A program made the position numbers and the translations under genes. From Macrostomum lignano (lineage: Eukaryota): DNA of 64,000 nt. Below, piece after piece: positions 43,529-59,075 of this stretch; the first letter of the stretch is position 1; every line of letters starts with the position of its first letter. Location of the stretch: positions 46,367 through 110,366 of the forward strand of contig NIVC01001962.1 in assembly GCA_002269645.1 (NCBI GenBank), written 5' to 3'. Under the pieces are notes generated by a model, which did no database searches, had not been told where the DNA came from, and saw nothing but the letters and a program-made list of their open reading frames with translations.

Positions 43529-44858
43529 ACGCAGGCTGCAAGTATCCTTCATGCCATAAAAAGCATGCAAATGCACGCACAAGGCTTCCAACTCTGATAT
43601 GCTCTCTTAAAGTGCGCTTGCAGTCTCTCGCAAGATCAGAACAGCCTTTTCGTCCCATTCTGCTGGATAGAAAACAGTACTTGGGCAAATTGTATTGCAG
43701 TTCCCAATTCATTTCAGGGACCGCTCTACAAACCTGCATTGAAAAAAAGCTACTTTTGTTGACATCATACAGTTAATTCCATTTACTGCAAACCCATTGA
43801 ATTTCACTGCCACCAAGTTGCTGATGGATATTTGCTTAATTCTTTTCTTTACATTCGCTGCCTCTTTGTGAGATGTAGGGTTTTCTGTGGGAGATGGCAT
43901 CGTCACTGAGATGAGCGCAGAGACAGTGATGGGCATAAAAATTTTGTTCTGTCTACAGCCTTCTCAGATGTAATCTTCTGTCCCTACCATGCATATATTT
44001 TAAACCATGAATGAGTTCATCTGATGCCCAGCAGGGCTCACAGTCTATGGAACATCCTTCCAGACAATCTAACGTTCTTTCGAGTGTTTGACAGCTGGAA
44101 CTCTTGGGTACATCAATCACATCTTCGAACACAATGGCCTTGATTCAGCATGCATTCTGTAGGGGATTCAGTGGGAGCCGTTGGATAAAGTGAATTTATC
44201 GAATTTCTGCAGCAGAAGAAGCTGAAGGTCTCCCGGCTTCTGCTTTGGGAAAGTCAGTAAGAATTCAAATAACGCTGGAAATGACCCGAATACTGTTAAA
44301 GGACCGGGTAGGCGGAAGTTGAGCTTCCTGACCGTCTGACCTAAAATTCGAGAGTGAAAAGTCAAGGCAAGAGACTCTCAAACAGTTTTAATAAAACTTC
44401 AAAGCCTCTTTTTCAGAATGAATTACACATTTATTCAAAGCTAACCTACCGAAGGTCGGAGTGAAGAGAGGAACAGCAGCATCAGAAGCATTAAAGAGAA
44501 GGCGGAGAAGACAAAGACTGACTGGAGACACACAGGTGTAACACAGCTGGATCTACGAGAACTGGTTCTCAGCATGGCCCATGTGATCTACCGGCCTGTC
44601 TCGCCCCGGACGCTCGTCAAGAAGATGCAACCCTGGAATTACCCTGCTGCTCTACCCTACTGGGCTACGGAGTAGGAAAGATGTTGCAAGAAAAACGCAG
44701 ATTATTGAGTGTTGAGAAACGTTATTTCCCAAATTTCCCAAAATATAAAATGAATTTACTCGACACCTAAAGGAATTCAGCGCACGATCCTTCAAGCCGG
44801 TGCCAATCGCGCTTGTCCTCCCAAATGCTGAAGACGCCTTTGCGCTGCTGAAGCGTGA

Positions 44859-45473
44859 TTGGGTTGTGTGGGTTGCGTGGGTTGTGTGGGTTGTGTGGGT
44901 TGTGTGGGTTGTGTGGGTTGTGTGGGTTGTGTGGGTTGTGTGGGTTGTGTGGGTTGTGTGGGTTGTGTGGGTTGTGTGGGTTGTGTGGGTTGTGTGGGTT
45001 GTATGGGTTGTGTGGGTTGATTGGGTTGTGTGGGATGTGTGGGTTGTGTGGGTTGTGTGGGTTGTGTGGGTTGTGTGGGATGTGTGGGTTGTGTGGGTTG
45101 TGTGGGTTGTGTGGGTTGTGTGGGTTGTGTGGGTTGTGTGGGATGTGTGGGTTGTGTGGGTTGTGTGGGTTGTGTGGGTTGTGTGGGCTGTGTGGGTTGT
45201 GTGGGTTGTGTGGGTTGTGTGGGTTGTGTGGGTTGTGTGGGTTGTGTGGGTTGTGTGGGATGTGTGGGTTGTGTGGGTTGTGTGGGTTGTGTGGGTTGTG
45301 TGGGTTGTGTGGGTTGTGTGGGTTGTGTGGGTTGTGTGGGTTGTGTGGGATGTGTGGGTTGTGTGGGTTGTGTGGGTTGTGTGGGTTGTGTGGGTTGTGT
45401 GGGTTGTGTGGGTTGTGTGGGTTGTGTGGGTTGTGTGGGTTGTGTGGGTTGTGTGGGTTGTGTGGGTTGTGTG
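44859..45473. repeat. 9-bp minisatellite (tgtgggttg)
   Basis: Direct inspection; source of the PTQ/VWV/GLC pseudo-ORFs. Confidence 0.95.
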
Positions 45474-47340
45474 AGATGCTGGCGATCTGGTGGAAAAAAA
45501 TTGACTGAAATGTTGCTCAGCTCACCGAAAACTTGCAGGTGAGTCGCTGTGTGAAACCTACATCTTGACGACACATCCTTGAATTTTTTTGGTATTTTTA
45601 TTCTCGGAAGAAAGCTAGACTGAACAGAGCAATCACTTGAGACAGCGAGCTCCAGCTCCCTCATCCTTGATGCTACCGAGGCGAGCTTTCAACTTTTTGA
45701 GAATAGGGAATACAGAGTTTTGCCACCATCTACCGGTACGAGAATAGTTCATTATTACCTAAAGTAGAAGATAATAACCCTATAGTCAGAGCTGTGTTTC
45801 CTGTCCAGATTTCAAACCTAAAAGCGTCCAAACCTTAAACCTCAACCAAACTGGACGATCTGAATACGGAAAATATATTGTGCTCAAAAGAAGTCGAACA
45901 GTTTCTTAAAGCATAGTTTTTCTCCTTAAAGAATTAGCCATACATGTATTGCTACTCATAGAGAGGTTTCAACTTCAGGAAGTTGGGCCGGGCTTCGAGT
46001 TCCTTGAAAACATTTCAGACGCAGTGACGACGGCGAGTCAGCGGCAGCAGCTAAGGAGATGTTTTCTTGGGCATTCAACTAGGATTTGGGCGCGGCGGGG
46101 GGTCACCGGAGCGTGCGGGCCTCCGCAAGGATGGGAACTTCCTCTAGGAGAAGACAGTTTCAGACTGTAAATTTGGCTGGCTTTGCGTGCCGTAAATTAT
46201 ATAGAGTTTCTGATTGCCAGCACAGATGGTTGTTGACTGCATGTAGACAGAGTTTATTGTATACCGTACCATGGACTAATAATTCTTTCAATCGGCTTGT
46301 AAACAGCTGGCTAATAAATAGCTTTGATAGTTACAGCTACGGTTATAAAAAATTTGTCGTTGCACTCAGCGCCGATGCTTAAATGCTTTTGCTAGGTGTT
46401 GTTGCGAGTTAGCGATCGTGACAATTTAGCAAACTACGAGCGTATAAAGAATCAAGCATGGGGGAGAGCAGCACAGGTGTAGACGGCCTGACTCTCGCGC
46501 CGCGAGCCCTGGTTCGATTCCTGCAGAGAGTGTACATGTGTACAGTGTACAGCCGAATGGGCAGAAGTGCCTACACTGATTGTGGGACGGTGTCAACAAG
46601 GACAGGTACTGATTTGTACTATGCTATTATCTATGCGTGAAATGATGCCATCGTCAAGAGTAGATCTATTAAGCTAATTTAATTACTAAATGGTTAAAGC
46701 TACAGATACCGCTGCGTCTGCACCTTGCTCAGAAAGCTTATTTGCTTTTCATTATTGTGCTGTATCTCCCGAGATGGCCCAGGGAGCTGCGCAGCCAGCT
46801 GGAAGATAGGGACCGCCTAAGCTTGGGAGATGCCCAGGTTCCGCCTTTGCGAGAGTTCACAGCTGTTCCCCGCGCGGCGCCCCGAAGAGAAAGAGAACTA
46901 GCACTAATTGCCGACAAGACTTTGGTGCGCAAAAGCCCGCGCTTCATTGGCTACGATGTGCTGTAGATTTAACTGTTCGCACGGTCGCCCGAAAGCAAGA
47001 GACGTGGTGAAAAGCGCAGGGGTCGGTGAATGGCGCGCTTTAAATACGAGCCTCTCTCGTAGGAGAGGGAGGGGTATGGGGATTGCCAGCCCCTACAACC
47101 CACCCCGCTGGCCAGCCAATCACGCGCCGCCACCGGGTAAGGGGCACAGGCAGAGAAAAGAAATGGTGCAGAGCGCAAGCCAGGACCAGAACGAGAACGA
47201 GGCGAGGGAGAGAGACAGCGAAGCACAACAATTTTTAAAAATGCATGGTCACACAACTGGCAGATGGGCTCCCAAGAGTTCTTGTTTGTTTAGTCTGGCG
47301 TTTAATCCGTTAGCCAGCCTTGCCTACAGGCTAACCAGCC

Positions 47341-49110
<1,770 letters not shown>

Positions 49111-49484
49111 ACGATTATTTAACTTTAGCCTTTCTCTTTATGCTTGATGCATACTAACTAGTCCTAATCCTAATTAAATAAACTTTAACCTTAACCTTAA
49201 CTGCCTACTTGATTCTTAGCATCTAAGCGACTCCGTACTGAGCCTTGGCATCCCGAGACTTAAAGACACAAAAATTGACAGTATAATCGCCAAAGTCATC
49301 GCCATTGAAATCACGACCCGCCCAGCGTGTACCTGCAACCCTGCAGAGTCATCCTGTAATCAGGCATATCTAGTGGTACTAAAAATAATTTAAATTCCAT
49401 GCAATCTAACCTTGATTGTCTGTTAAATCATAAGTGAAACCGAAACCAACGCGACTGACAGCACCGCAGCAGCTTAGGTTTCCT
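49111..49484 (+). repeat. Left copy of 374-bp direct duplication (with adjoining TATC tract) flanking the hammerhead array
   Basis: acgattatttaac...gcttaggtttcct appears identical by eye to 61600-61973. Confidence 0.9.
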
Positions 49485-50676
49485 ATGGCTACCAACTGCG
49501 ACTAGTGGCCTGCCTGGCTACTTCAAATAACTGCTTACCAGTACGTCTCTACTACGACTACGCCTACGACTGCTCTACTACTACTCTACTAATACTTGTA
49601 CTACTACTACTTCCATTACTACTACTACGAGCTACTACTGCAACTACTAGTGCTACTACTACTGATAATCTAGCCTCAACTGATCTGCAGTGCCCAGTCG
49701 CCTGTGACCAGGGGCTGTGCAGGCGGCGATCTGTGACCAGACGCCGCCAACTGCGACTAGTGGCCTGCCTGGCTACTTCAAATAACTGCTTACCAGTACG
49801 TCTCTACTACGACTACGCCTACGACTGCTCTACTACTACTCTACTAATACTTGTACTACTACTACTTCCATTACTACTACTACGAGCTACTACTGCAACT
49901 ACTAGTGCTACTACTACTGATAATCTAGCCTCAACTGATCTGCAGTGCCCAGTCGCCTGTGACCAGGGGCTGTGCAGGCGGCGATCTGTGACCAGACGCC
50001 GCCAACTGCGACTAGTGGCCTGCCTGGCTACTTCAAATAACTGCTTACCAGTACGTCTCTACTACGACTACGCCTACGACTGCTCTACTACTACTCTACT
50101 AATACTTGTACTACTACTACTTCCATTACTACTACTACGAGCTACTACTGCAACTACTAGTGCTACTACTACTGATAATCTAGCCTCAACTGATCTGCAG
50201 TGCCCAGTCGCCTGTGACCAGGGCTGTGCAGGCGGCGATCTGTGACCAGACGCCGCCAACTGCAACTAGTGGCCTGCCTGGCGACTCAATTTATTTACTG
50301 TTTATGTAATAACATCTATTTACTTGCACTTCTTTTTGAAAAGTTCTCAGTGCTCTGTTTTAATTTAATATTTGTTCTCAATTCTACGGGCGTAAATAAC
50401 TTATTTGTTGAACTTTTCAAGATGCTTATTCATACACTTCTACGCTCTAAATCTGTTTTTCTATAGCACCTAACATCTTTAATATTTTTTGTGCAAGGCT
50501 TTAAGCTGCCAATCTTTAACCAATCAGCGTGCTTCAACTCACGTTTTTAACTAATTATACGTACACATCTTTACTCAACACTGCTCAGTGCACCCCCAAA
50601 AGTAGCATATATATATATTGAAATTATGTTACAATAACTTCACTGCCAATATATTTGTTTTTAAACCCGAATAAAT

Positions 50677-50717
50677 AAACCCTGACGAAGGCCCAGTCTG
50701 GGCCGAAATATCGGTTT
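50677..50717 (+). ncRNA. Minimal type I hammerhead ribozyme, copy 1 (predicted cleavage after C50712)
   Basis: AAACC-CUGACGA-A-GGCCC(AGUCU)GGGCC-GAAA-UA-UC-GGUUU: stem I AAACC/GGUUU, conserved core, 5-bp stem II, palindromic AUAU stem III. Confidence 0.85.
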
Positions 50718-52296
50718 TTTCGAACATTCGACAACTGGTAACCTTCAATATCTTCCGAGTGCGTGGTTTGCAGTTTCAAACTGCCTTATGAATATCTGTA
50801 CCCAGGACCGGACTATTATTGAGGCTCGCCATGTTTGTCAACAAAATATCTTCGTATACGAGCTATTCTCCGCCAAAAATCTACTTGGGATAAGCAAGAG
50901 TACTATTTCTGCAGCTGAATATTTAAGACGCACGACACTACTACGACTACGGCTACGACTACGACTGTACTACTACTACTCTACTACCACTACTACTACT
51001 ACTGCAACTACTAGTGCTACTACTACTGAAAATCTAGCTTCAACTGATCCGCAGTGCCCAGTCGCCTGTGACCAGGGGCTGTGCAGGCGGCGATCTGTGA
51101 CCAGACGCCGCCAACTGCGACTAGTGGCCTGCCTGGCTACTTCAAATAACTGCTTACCAGTACGTCTCTACTACGACTACGCCTACGACTGCTCTACTAC
51201 TACTCTACTAATACTTGTACTACTACTACTTCCATTACTACTACTACGAGCTACTACTGCAACTACTAGTGCTACTACTACTGATAATCTAGCCTCAACT
51301 GATCTGCAGTGCCCAGTCGCCTGTGACCAGGGGCTGTGCAGGCGGCGATCTGTGACCAGACGCCGCCAACTGCGACTAGTGGCCTGCCTGGCTACTTCAA
51401 ATAACTGCTTACCAGTACGTCTCTACTACGACTACGCCTACGACTGCTCTACTACTACTCTACTAATACTTGTACTACTACTACTTCCATTACTACTACT
51501 ACGAGCTACTACTGCAACTACTAGTGCTACTACTACTGATAATCTAGCCTCAACTGATCTGCAGTGCCCAGTCGCCTGTGACCAGGGGCTGTGCAGGCGG
51601 CGATCTGTGACCAGACGCCGCCAACTGCGACTAGTGGCCTGCCTGGCTACTTCAAATAACTGCTTACCAGTACGTCTCTACTACGACTACGCCTACGACT
51701 GCTCTACTACTACTCTACTAATACTTGTACTACTACTACTTCCATTACTACTACTACGAGCTACTACTGCAACTACTAGTGCTACTACTACTGATAATCT
51801 AGCCTCAACTGATCTGCAGTGCCCAGTCGCCTGTGACCAGGGGCTGTGCAGGCGGCGATCTGTGACCAGACGCCGCCAACTGCAACTAGTGGCCTGCCTG
51901 GCGACTCAATTTATTTACTGTTTATGTAATAACATCTATTTACTTGCACTTCTTTTTGAAAAGTTCTCAGTGCTCTGTTTTAATTTAATATTTGTTCTCA
52001 ATTCTACGGGCGTAAATAACTTATTTGTTGAACTTTTCAAGATGCTTATTCATACACTTCTACGCTCTAAATCTGTTTTTCTATAGCACCTAACATCTTT
52101 AATATTTTTTGTGCAAGGCTTTAAGCTGCCAATCTTTAACCAATCAGCGTGCTTCAACTCACGTTTTTAACTAATTATACGTACACATCTTTACTCAACA
52201 CTGCTCAGTGCACCCCCAAAAGTAGCATATATATATATTGAAATTATGTTACAATAACTTCACTGCCAATATATTTGTTTTTAAACCCGAATAAAT

Positions 52297-52337
52297 AAAC
52301 CCTGACGAAGGCCCAGTCTGGGCCGAAATATCGGTTT
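52297..52337 (+). ncRNA. Minimal type I hammerhead ribozyme, copy 2
   Basis: Same motif as copy 1. Confidence 0.85.
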
Positions 52338-53917
52338 TTTTCGAACATTCGACAACTGGTAACCTTCAATATCTTCCGAGTGCGTGGTTTGCAGTTTCAA
52401 ACTGCCTTATGAATATCTGTACCCAGGACCGGACTATTATTGAGGCTCGCCATGTTTGTCAACAAAATATCTTCGTATACGAGCTATTCTCCGCCAAAAA
52501 TCTACTTGGGATAAGCAAGAGTACTATTTCTGCAGCTGAATATTTAAGACGCACGACACTACTACGACTACGGCTACGACTACGACTGTACTACTACTAC
52601 TCTACTACCACTACTACTACTACTGCAACTACTAGTGCTACTACTACTGAAAATCTAGCTTCAACTGATCCGCAGTGCCCAGTCGCCTGTGACCAGGGGC
52701 TGTGCAGGCGGCGATCTGTGACCAGACGCCGCCAACTGCGACTAGTGGCCTGCCTGGCTACTTCAAATAACTGCTTACCAGTACGTCTCTACTACGACTA
52801 CGCCTACGACTGCTCTACTACTACTCTACTAATACTTGTACTACTACTACTTCCATTACTACTACTACGAGCTACTACTGCAACTACTAGTGCTACTACT
52901 ACTGATAATCTAGCCTCAACTGATCTGCAGTGCCCAGTCGCCTGTGACCAGGGGCTGTGCAGGCGGCGATCTGTGACCAGACGCCGCCAACTGCGACTAG
53001 TGGCCTGCCTGGCTACTTCAAATAACTGCTTACCAGTACGTCTCTACTACGACTACGCCTACGACTGCTCTACTACTACTCTACTAATACTTGTACTACT
53101 ACTACTTCCATTACTACTACTACGAGCTACTACTGCAACTACTAGTGCTACTACTACTGATAATCTAGCCTCAACTGATCTGCAGTGCCCAGTCGCCTGT
53201 GACCAGGGGCTGTGCAGGCGGCGATCTGTGACCAGACGCCGCCAACTGCGACTAGTGGCCTGCCTGGCTACTTCAAATAACTGCTTACCAGTACGTCTCT
53301 ACTACGACTACGCCTACGACTGCTCTACTACTACTCTACTAATACTTGTACTACTACTACTTCCATTACTACTACTACGAGCTACTACTGCAACTACTAG
53401 TGCTACTACTACTGATAATCTAGCCTCAACTGATCTGCAGTGCCCAGTCGCCTGTGACCAGGGGCTGTGCAGGCGGCGATCTGTGACCAGACGCCGCCAA
53501 CTGCAACTAGTGGCCTGCCTGGCGACTCAATTTATTTACTGTTTATGTAATAACATCTATTTACTTGCACTTCTTTTTGAAAAGTTCTCAGTGCTCTGTT
53601 TTAATTTAATATTTGTTCTCAATTCTACGGGCGTAAATAACTTATTTGTTGAACTTTTCAAGATGCTTATTCATACACTTCTACGCTCTAAATCTGTTTT
53701 TCTATAGCACCTAACATCTTTAATATTTTTTGTGCAAGGCTTTAAGCTGCCAATCTTTAACCAATCAGCGTGCTTCAACTCACGTTTTTAACTAATTATA
53801 CGTACACATCTTTACTCAACACTGCTCAGTGCACCCCCAAAAGTAGCATATATATATATTGAAATTATGTTACAATAACTTCACTGCCAATATATTTGTT
53901 TTTAAACCCGAATAAAT

Positions 53918-53958
53918 AAACCCTGACGAAGGCCCAGTCTGGGCCGAAATATCGGTTT
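53918..53958 (+). ncRNA. Minimal type I hammerhead ribozyme, copy 3
   Basis: Same motif as copy 1. Confidence 0.85.
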
Positions 53959-55793
53959 TTTTCGAACATTCGACAACTGGTAACCTTCAATATCTTCCGA
54001 GTGCGTGGTTTGCAGTTTCAAACTGCCTTATGAATATCTGTACCCAGGACCGGACTATTATTGAGGCTCGCCATGTTTGTCAACAAAATATCTTCGTATA
54101 CGAGCTATTCTCCGCCAAAAATCTACTTGGGATAAGCAAGAGTACTATTTCTGCAGCTGAATATTTAAGACGCACGACACTACTACGACTACGGCTACGA
54201 CTACGACTGTACTACTACTACTCTACTACCACTACTACTACTACTGCAACTACTAGTGCTACTACTACTGAAAATCTAGCTTCAACTGATCCGCAGTGCC
54301 CAGTCGCCTGTGACCAGGGGCTGTGCAGGCGGCGATCTGTGACCAGACGCCGCCAACTGCGACTAGTGGCCTGCCTGGCTACTTCAAATAACTGCTTACC
54401 AGTACGTCTCTACTACGACTACGCCTACGACTGCTCTACTACTACTCTACTAATACTTGTACTACTACTACTTCCATTACTACTACTACGAGCTACTACT
54501 GCAACTACTAGTGCTACTACTACTGATAATCTAGCCTCAACTGATCTGCAGTGCCCAGTCGCCTGTGACCAGGGGCTGTGCAGGCGGCGATCTGTGACCA
54601 GACGCCGCCAACTGCGACTAGTGGCCTGCCTGGCTACTTCAAATAACTGCTTACCAGTACGTCTCTACTACGACTACGCCTACGACTGCTCTACTACTAC
54701 TCTACTAATACTTGTACTACTACTACTTCCATTACTACTACTACGAGCTACTACTGCAACTACTAGTGCTACTACTACTGATAATCTAGCCTCAACTGAT
54801 CTGCAGTGCCCAGTCGCCTGTGACCAGGGGCTGTGCAGGCGGCGATCTGTGACCAGACGCCGCCAACTGCGACTAGTGGCCTGCCTGGCTACTTCAAATA
54901 ACTGCTTACCAGTACGTCTCTACTACGACTACGCCTACGACTGCTCTACTACTACTCTACTAATACTTGTACTACTACTACTTCCATTACTACTACTACG
55001 AGCTACTACTGCAACTACTAGTGCTACTACTACTGATAATCTAGCCTCAACTGATCTGCAGTGCCCAGTCGCCTGTGACCAGGGGCTGTGCAGGCGGCGA
55101 TCTGTGACCAGACGCCGCCAACTGCGACTAGTGGCCTGCCTGGCTACTTCAAATAACTGCTTACCAGTACGTCTCTACTACGACTACGCCTACGACTGCT
55201 CTACTACTACTCTACTAATACTTGTACTACTACTACTTCCATTACTACTACTACGAGCTACTACTGCAACTACTAGTGCTACTACTACTGATAATCTAGC
55301 CTCAACTGATCTGCAGTGCCCAGTCGCCTGTGACCAGGGGCTGTGCAGGCGGCGATCTGTGACCAGACGCCGCCAACTGCAACTAGTGGCCTGCCTGGCG
55401 ACTCAATTTATTTACTGTTTATGTAATAACATCTATTTACTTGCACTTCTTTTTGAAAAGTTCTCAGTGCTCTGTTTTAATTTAATATTTGTTCTCAATT
55501 CTACGGGCGTAAATAACTTATTTGTTGAACTTTTCAAGATGCTTATTCATACACTTCTACGCTCTAAATCTGTTTTTCTATAGCACCTAACATCTTTAAT
55601 ATTTTTTGTGCAAGGCTTTAAGCTGCCAATCTTTAACCAATCAGCGTGCTTCAACTCACGTTTTTAACTAATTATACGTACACATCTTTACTCAACACTG
55701 CTCAGTGCACCCCCAAAAGTAGCATATATATATATTGAAATTATGTTACAATAACTTCACTGCCAATATATTTGTTTTTAAACCCGAATAAAT

Positions 55794-55834
55794 AAACCCT
55801 GACGAAGGCCCAGTCTGGGCCGAAATATCGGTTT
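55794..55834 (+). ncRNA. Minimal type I hammerhead ribozyme, copy 4
   Basis: Same motif as copy 1. Confidence 0.85.
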
Positions 55835-57413
55835 TTTTCGAACATTCGACAACTGGTAACCTTCAATATCTTCCGAGTGCGTGGTTTGCAGTTTCAAACT
55901 GCCTTATGAATATCTGTACCCAGGACCGGACTATTATTGAGGCTCGCCATGTTTGTCAACAAAATATCTTCGTATACGAGCTATTCTCCGCCAAAAATCT
56001 ACTTGGGATAAGCAAGAGTACTATTTCTGCAGCTGAATATTTAAGACGCACGACACTACTACGACTACGGCTACGACTACGACTGTACTACTACTACTCT
56101 ACTACCACTACTACTACTACTGCAACTACTAGTGCTACTACTACTGAAAATCTAGCTTCAACTGATCCGCAGTGCCCAGTCGCCTGTGACCAGGGGCTGT
56201 GCAGGCGGCGATCTGTGACCAGACGCCGCCAACTGCGACTAGTGGCCTGCCTGGCTACTTCAAATAACTGCTTACCAGTACGTCTCTACTACGACTACGC
56301 CTACGACTGCTCTACTACTACTCTACTAATACTTGTACTACTACTACTTCCATTACTACTACTACGAGCTACTACTGCAACTACTAGTGCTACTACTACT
56401 GATAATCTAGCCTCAACTGATCTGCAGTGCCCAGTCGCCTGTGACCAGGGGCTGTGCAGGCGGCGATCTGTGACCAGACGCCGCCAACTGCGACTAGTGG
56501 CCTGCCTGGCTACTTCAAATAACTGCTTACCAGTACGTCTCTACTACGACTACGCCTACGACTGCTCTACTACTACTCTACTAATACTTGTACTACTACT
56601 ACTTCCATTACTACTACTACGAGCTACTACTGCAACTACTAGTGCTACTACTACTGATAATCTAGCCTCAACTGATCTGCAGTGCCCAGTCGCCTGTGAC
56701 CAGGGGCTGTGCAGGCGGCGATCTGTGACCAGACGCCGCCAACTGCGACTAGTGGCCTGCCTGGCTACTTCAAATAACTGCTTACCAGTACGTCTCTACT
56801 ACGACTACGCCTACGACTGCTCTACTACTACTCTACTAATACTTGTACTACTACTACTTCCATTACTACTACTACGAGCTACTACTGCAACTACTAGTGC
56901 TACTACTACTGATAATCTAGCCTCAACTGATCTGCAGTGCCCAGTCGCCTGTGACCAGGGGCTGTGCAGGCGGCGATCTGTGACCAGACGCCGCCAACTG
57001 CAACTAGTGGCCTGCCTGGCGACTCAATTTATTTACTGTTTATGTAATAACATCTATTTACTTGCACTTCTTTTTGAAAAGTTCTCAGTGCTCTGTTTTA
57101 ATTTAATATTGTTCTCAATTCTACGGGCGTAAATAACTTATTTGTTGAACTTTTCAAGATGCTTATTCATACACTTCTACGCTCTAAATCTGTTTTTCTA
57201 TAGCACCTAACATCTTTAATATTTTTTGTGCAAGGCTTTAAGCTGCCAATCTTTAACCAATCAGCGTGCTTCAACTCACGTTTTTAACTAATTATACGTA
57301 CACATCTTTACTCAACACTGCTCAGTGCACCCCCAAAAGTAGCATATATATATATTGAAATTATGTTACAATAACTTCACTGCCAATATATTTGTTTTTA
57401 AACCCGAATAAAT

Positions 57414-57454
57414 AAACCCTGACGAAGGCCCAGTCTGGGCCGAAATATCGGTTT
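57414..57454 (+). ncRNA. Minimal type I hammerhead ribozyme, copy 5
   Basis: Same motif as copy 1. Confidence 0.85.
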
Positions 57455-59034
57455 TTTTCGAACATTCGACAACTGGTAACCTTCAATATCTTCCGAGTGC
57501 GTGGTTTGCAGTTTCAAACTGCCTTATGAATATCTGTACCCAGGACCGGACTATTATTGAGGCTCGCCATGTTTGTCAACAAAATATCTTCGTATACGAG
57601 CTATTCTCCGCCAAAAATCTACTTGGGATAAGCAAGAGTACTATTTCTGCAGCTGAATATTTAAGACGCACGACACTACTACGACTACGGCTACGACTAC
57701 GACTGTACTACTACTACTCTACTACCACTACTACTACTACTGCAACTACTAGTGCTACTACTACTGAAAATCTAGCTTCAACTGATCCGCAGTGCCCAGT
57801 CGCCTGTGACCAGGGGCTGTGCAGGCGGCGATCTGTGACCAGACGCCGCCAACTGCGACTAGTGGCCTGCCTGGCTACTTCAAATAACTGCTTACCAGTA
57901 CGTCTCTACTACGACTACGCCTACGACTGCTCTACTACTACTCTACTAATACTTGTACTACTACTACTTCCATTACTACTACTACGAGCTACTACTGCAA
58001 CTACTAGTGCTACTACTACTGATAATCTAGCCTCAACTGATCTGCAGTGCCCAGTCGCCTGTGACCAGGGGCTGTGCAGGCGGCGATCTGTGACCAGACG
58101 CCGCCAACTGCGACTAGTGGCCTGCCTGGCTACTTCAAATAACTGCTTACCAGTACGTCTCTACTACGACTACGCCTACGACTGCTCTACTACTACTCTA
58201 CTAATACTTGTACTACTACTACTTCCATTACTACTACTACGAGCTACTACTGCAACTACTAGTGCTACTACTACTGATAATCTAGCCTCAACTGATCTGC
58301 AGTGCCCAGTCGCCTGTGACCAGGGGCTGTGCAGGCGGCGATCTGTGACCAGACGCCGCCAACTGCGACTAGTGGCCTGCCTGGCTACTTCAAATAACTG
58401 CTTACCAGTACGTCTCTACTACGACTACGCCTACGACTGCTCTACTACTACTCTACTAATACTTGTACTACTACTACTTCCATTACTACTACTACGAGCT
58501 ACTACTGCAACTACTAGTGCTACTACTACTGATAATCTAGCCTCAACTGATCTGCAGTGCCCAGTCGCCTGTGACCAGGGGCTGTGCAGGCGGCGATCTG
58601 TGACCAGACGCCGCCAACTGCAACTAGTGGCCTGCCTGGCGACTCAATTTATTTACTGTTTATGTAATAACATCTATTTACTTGCACTTCTTTTTGAAAA
58701 GTTCTCAGTGCTCTGTTTTAATTTAATATTTGTTCTCAATTCTACGGGCGTAAATAACTTATTTGTTGAACTTTTCAAGATGCTTATTCATACACTTCTA
58801 CGCTCTAAATCTGTTTTTCTATAGCACCTAACATCTTTAATATTTTTTGTGCAAGGCTTTAAGCTGCCAATCTTTAACCAATCAGCGTGCTTCAACTCAC
58901 GTTTTTAACTAATTATACGTACACATCTTTACTCAACACTGCTCAGTGCACCCCCAAAAGTAGCATATATATATATTGAAATTATGTTACAATAACTTCA
59001 CTGCCAATATATTTGTTTTTAAACCCGAATAAAT

Positions 59035-59075
59035 AAACCCTGACGAAGGCCCAGTCTGGGCCGAAATATCGGTTT
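59035..59075 (+). ncRNA. Minimal type I hammerhead ribozyme, copy 6
   Basis: Same motif as copy 1. Confidence 0.85.
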
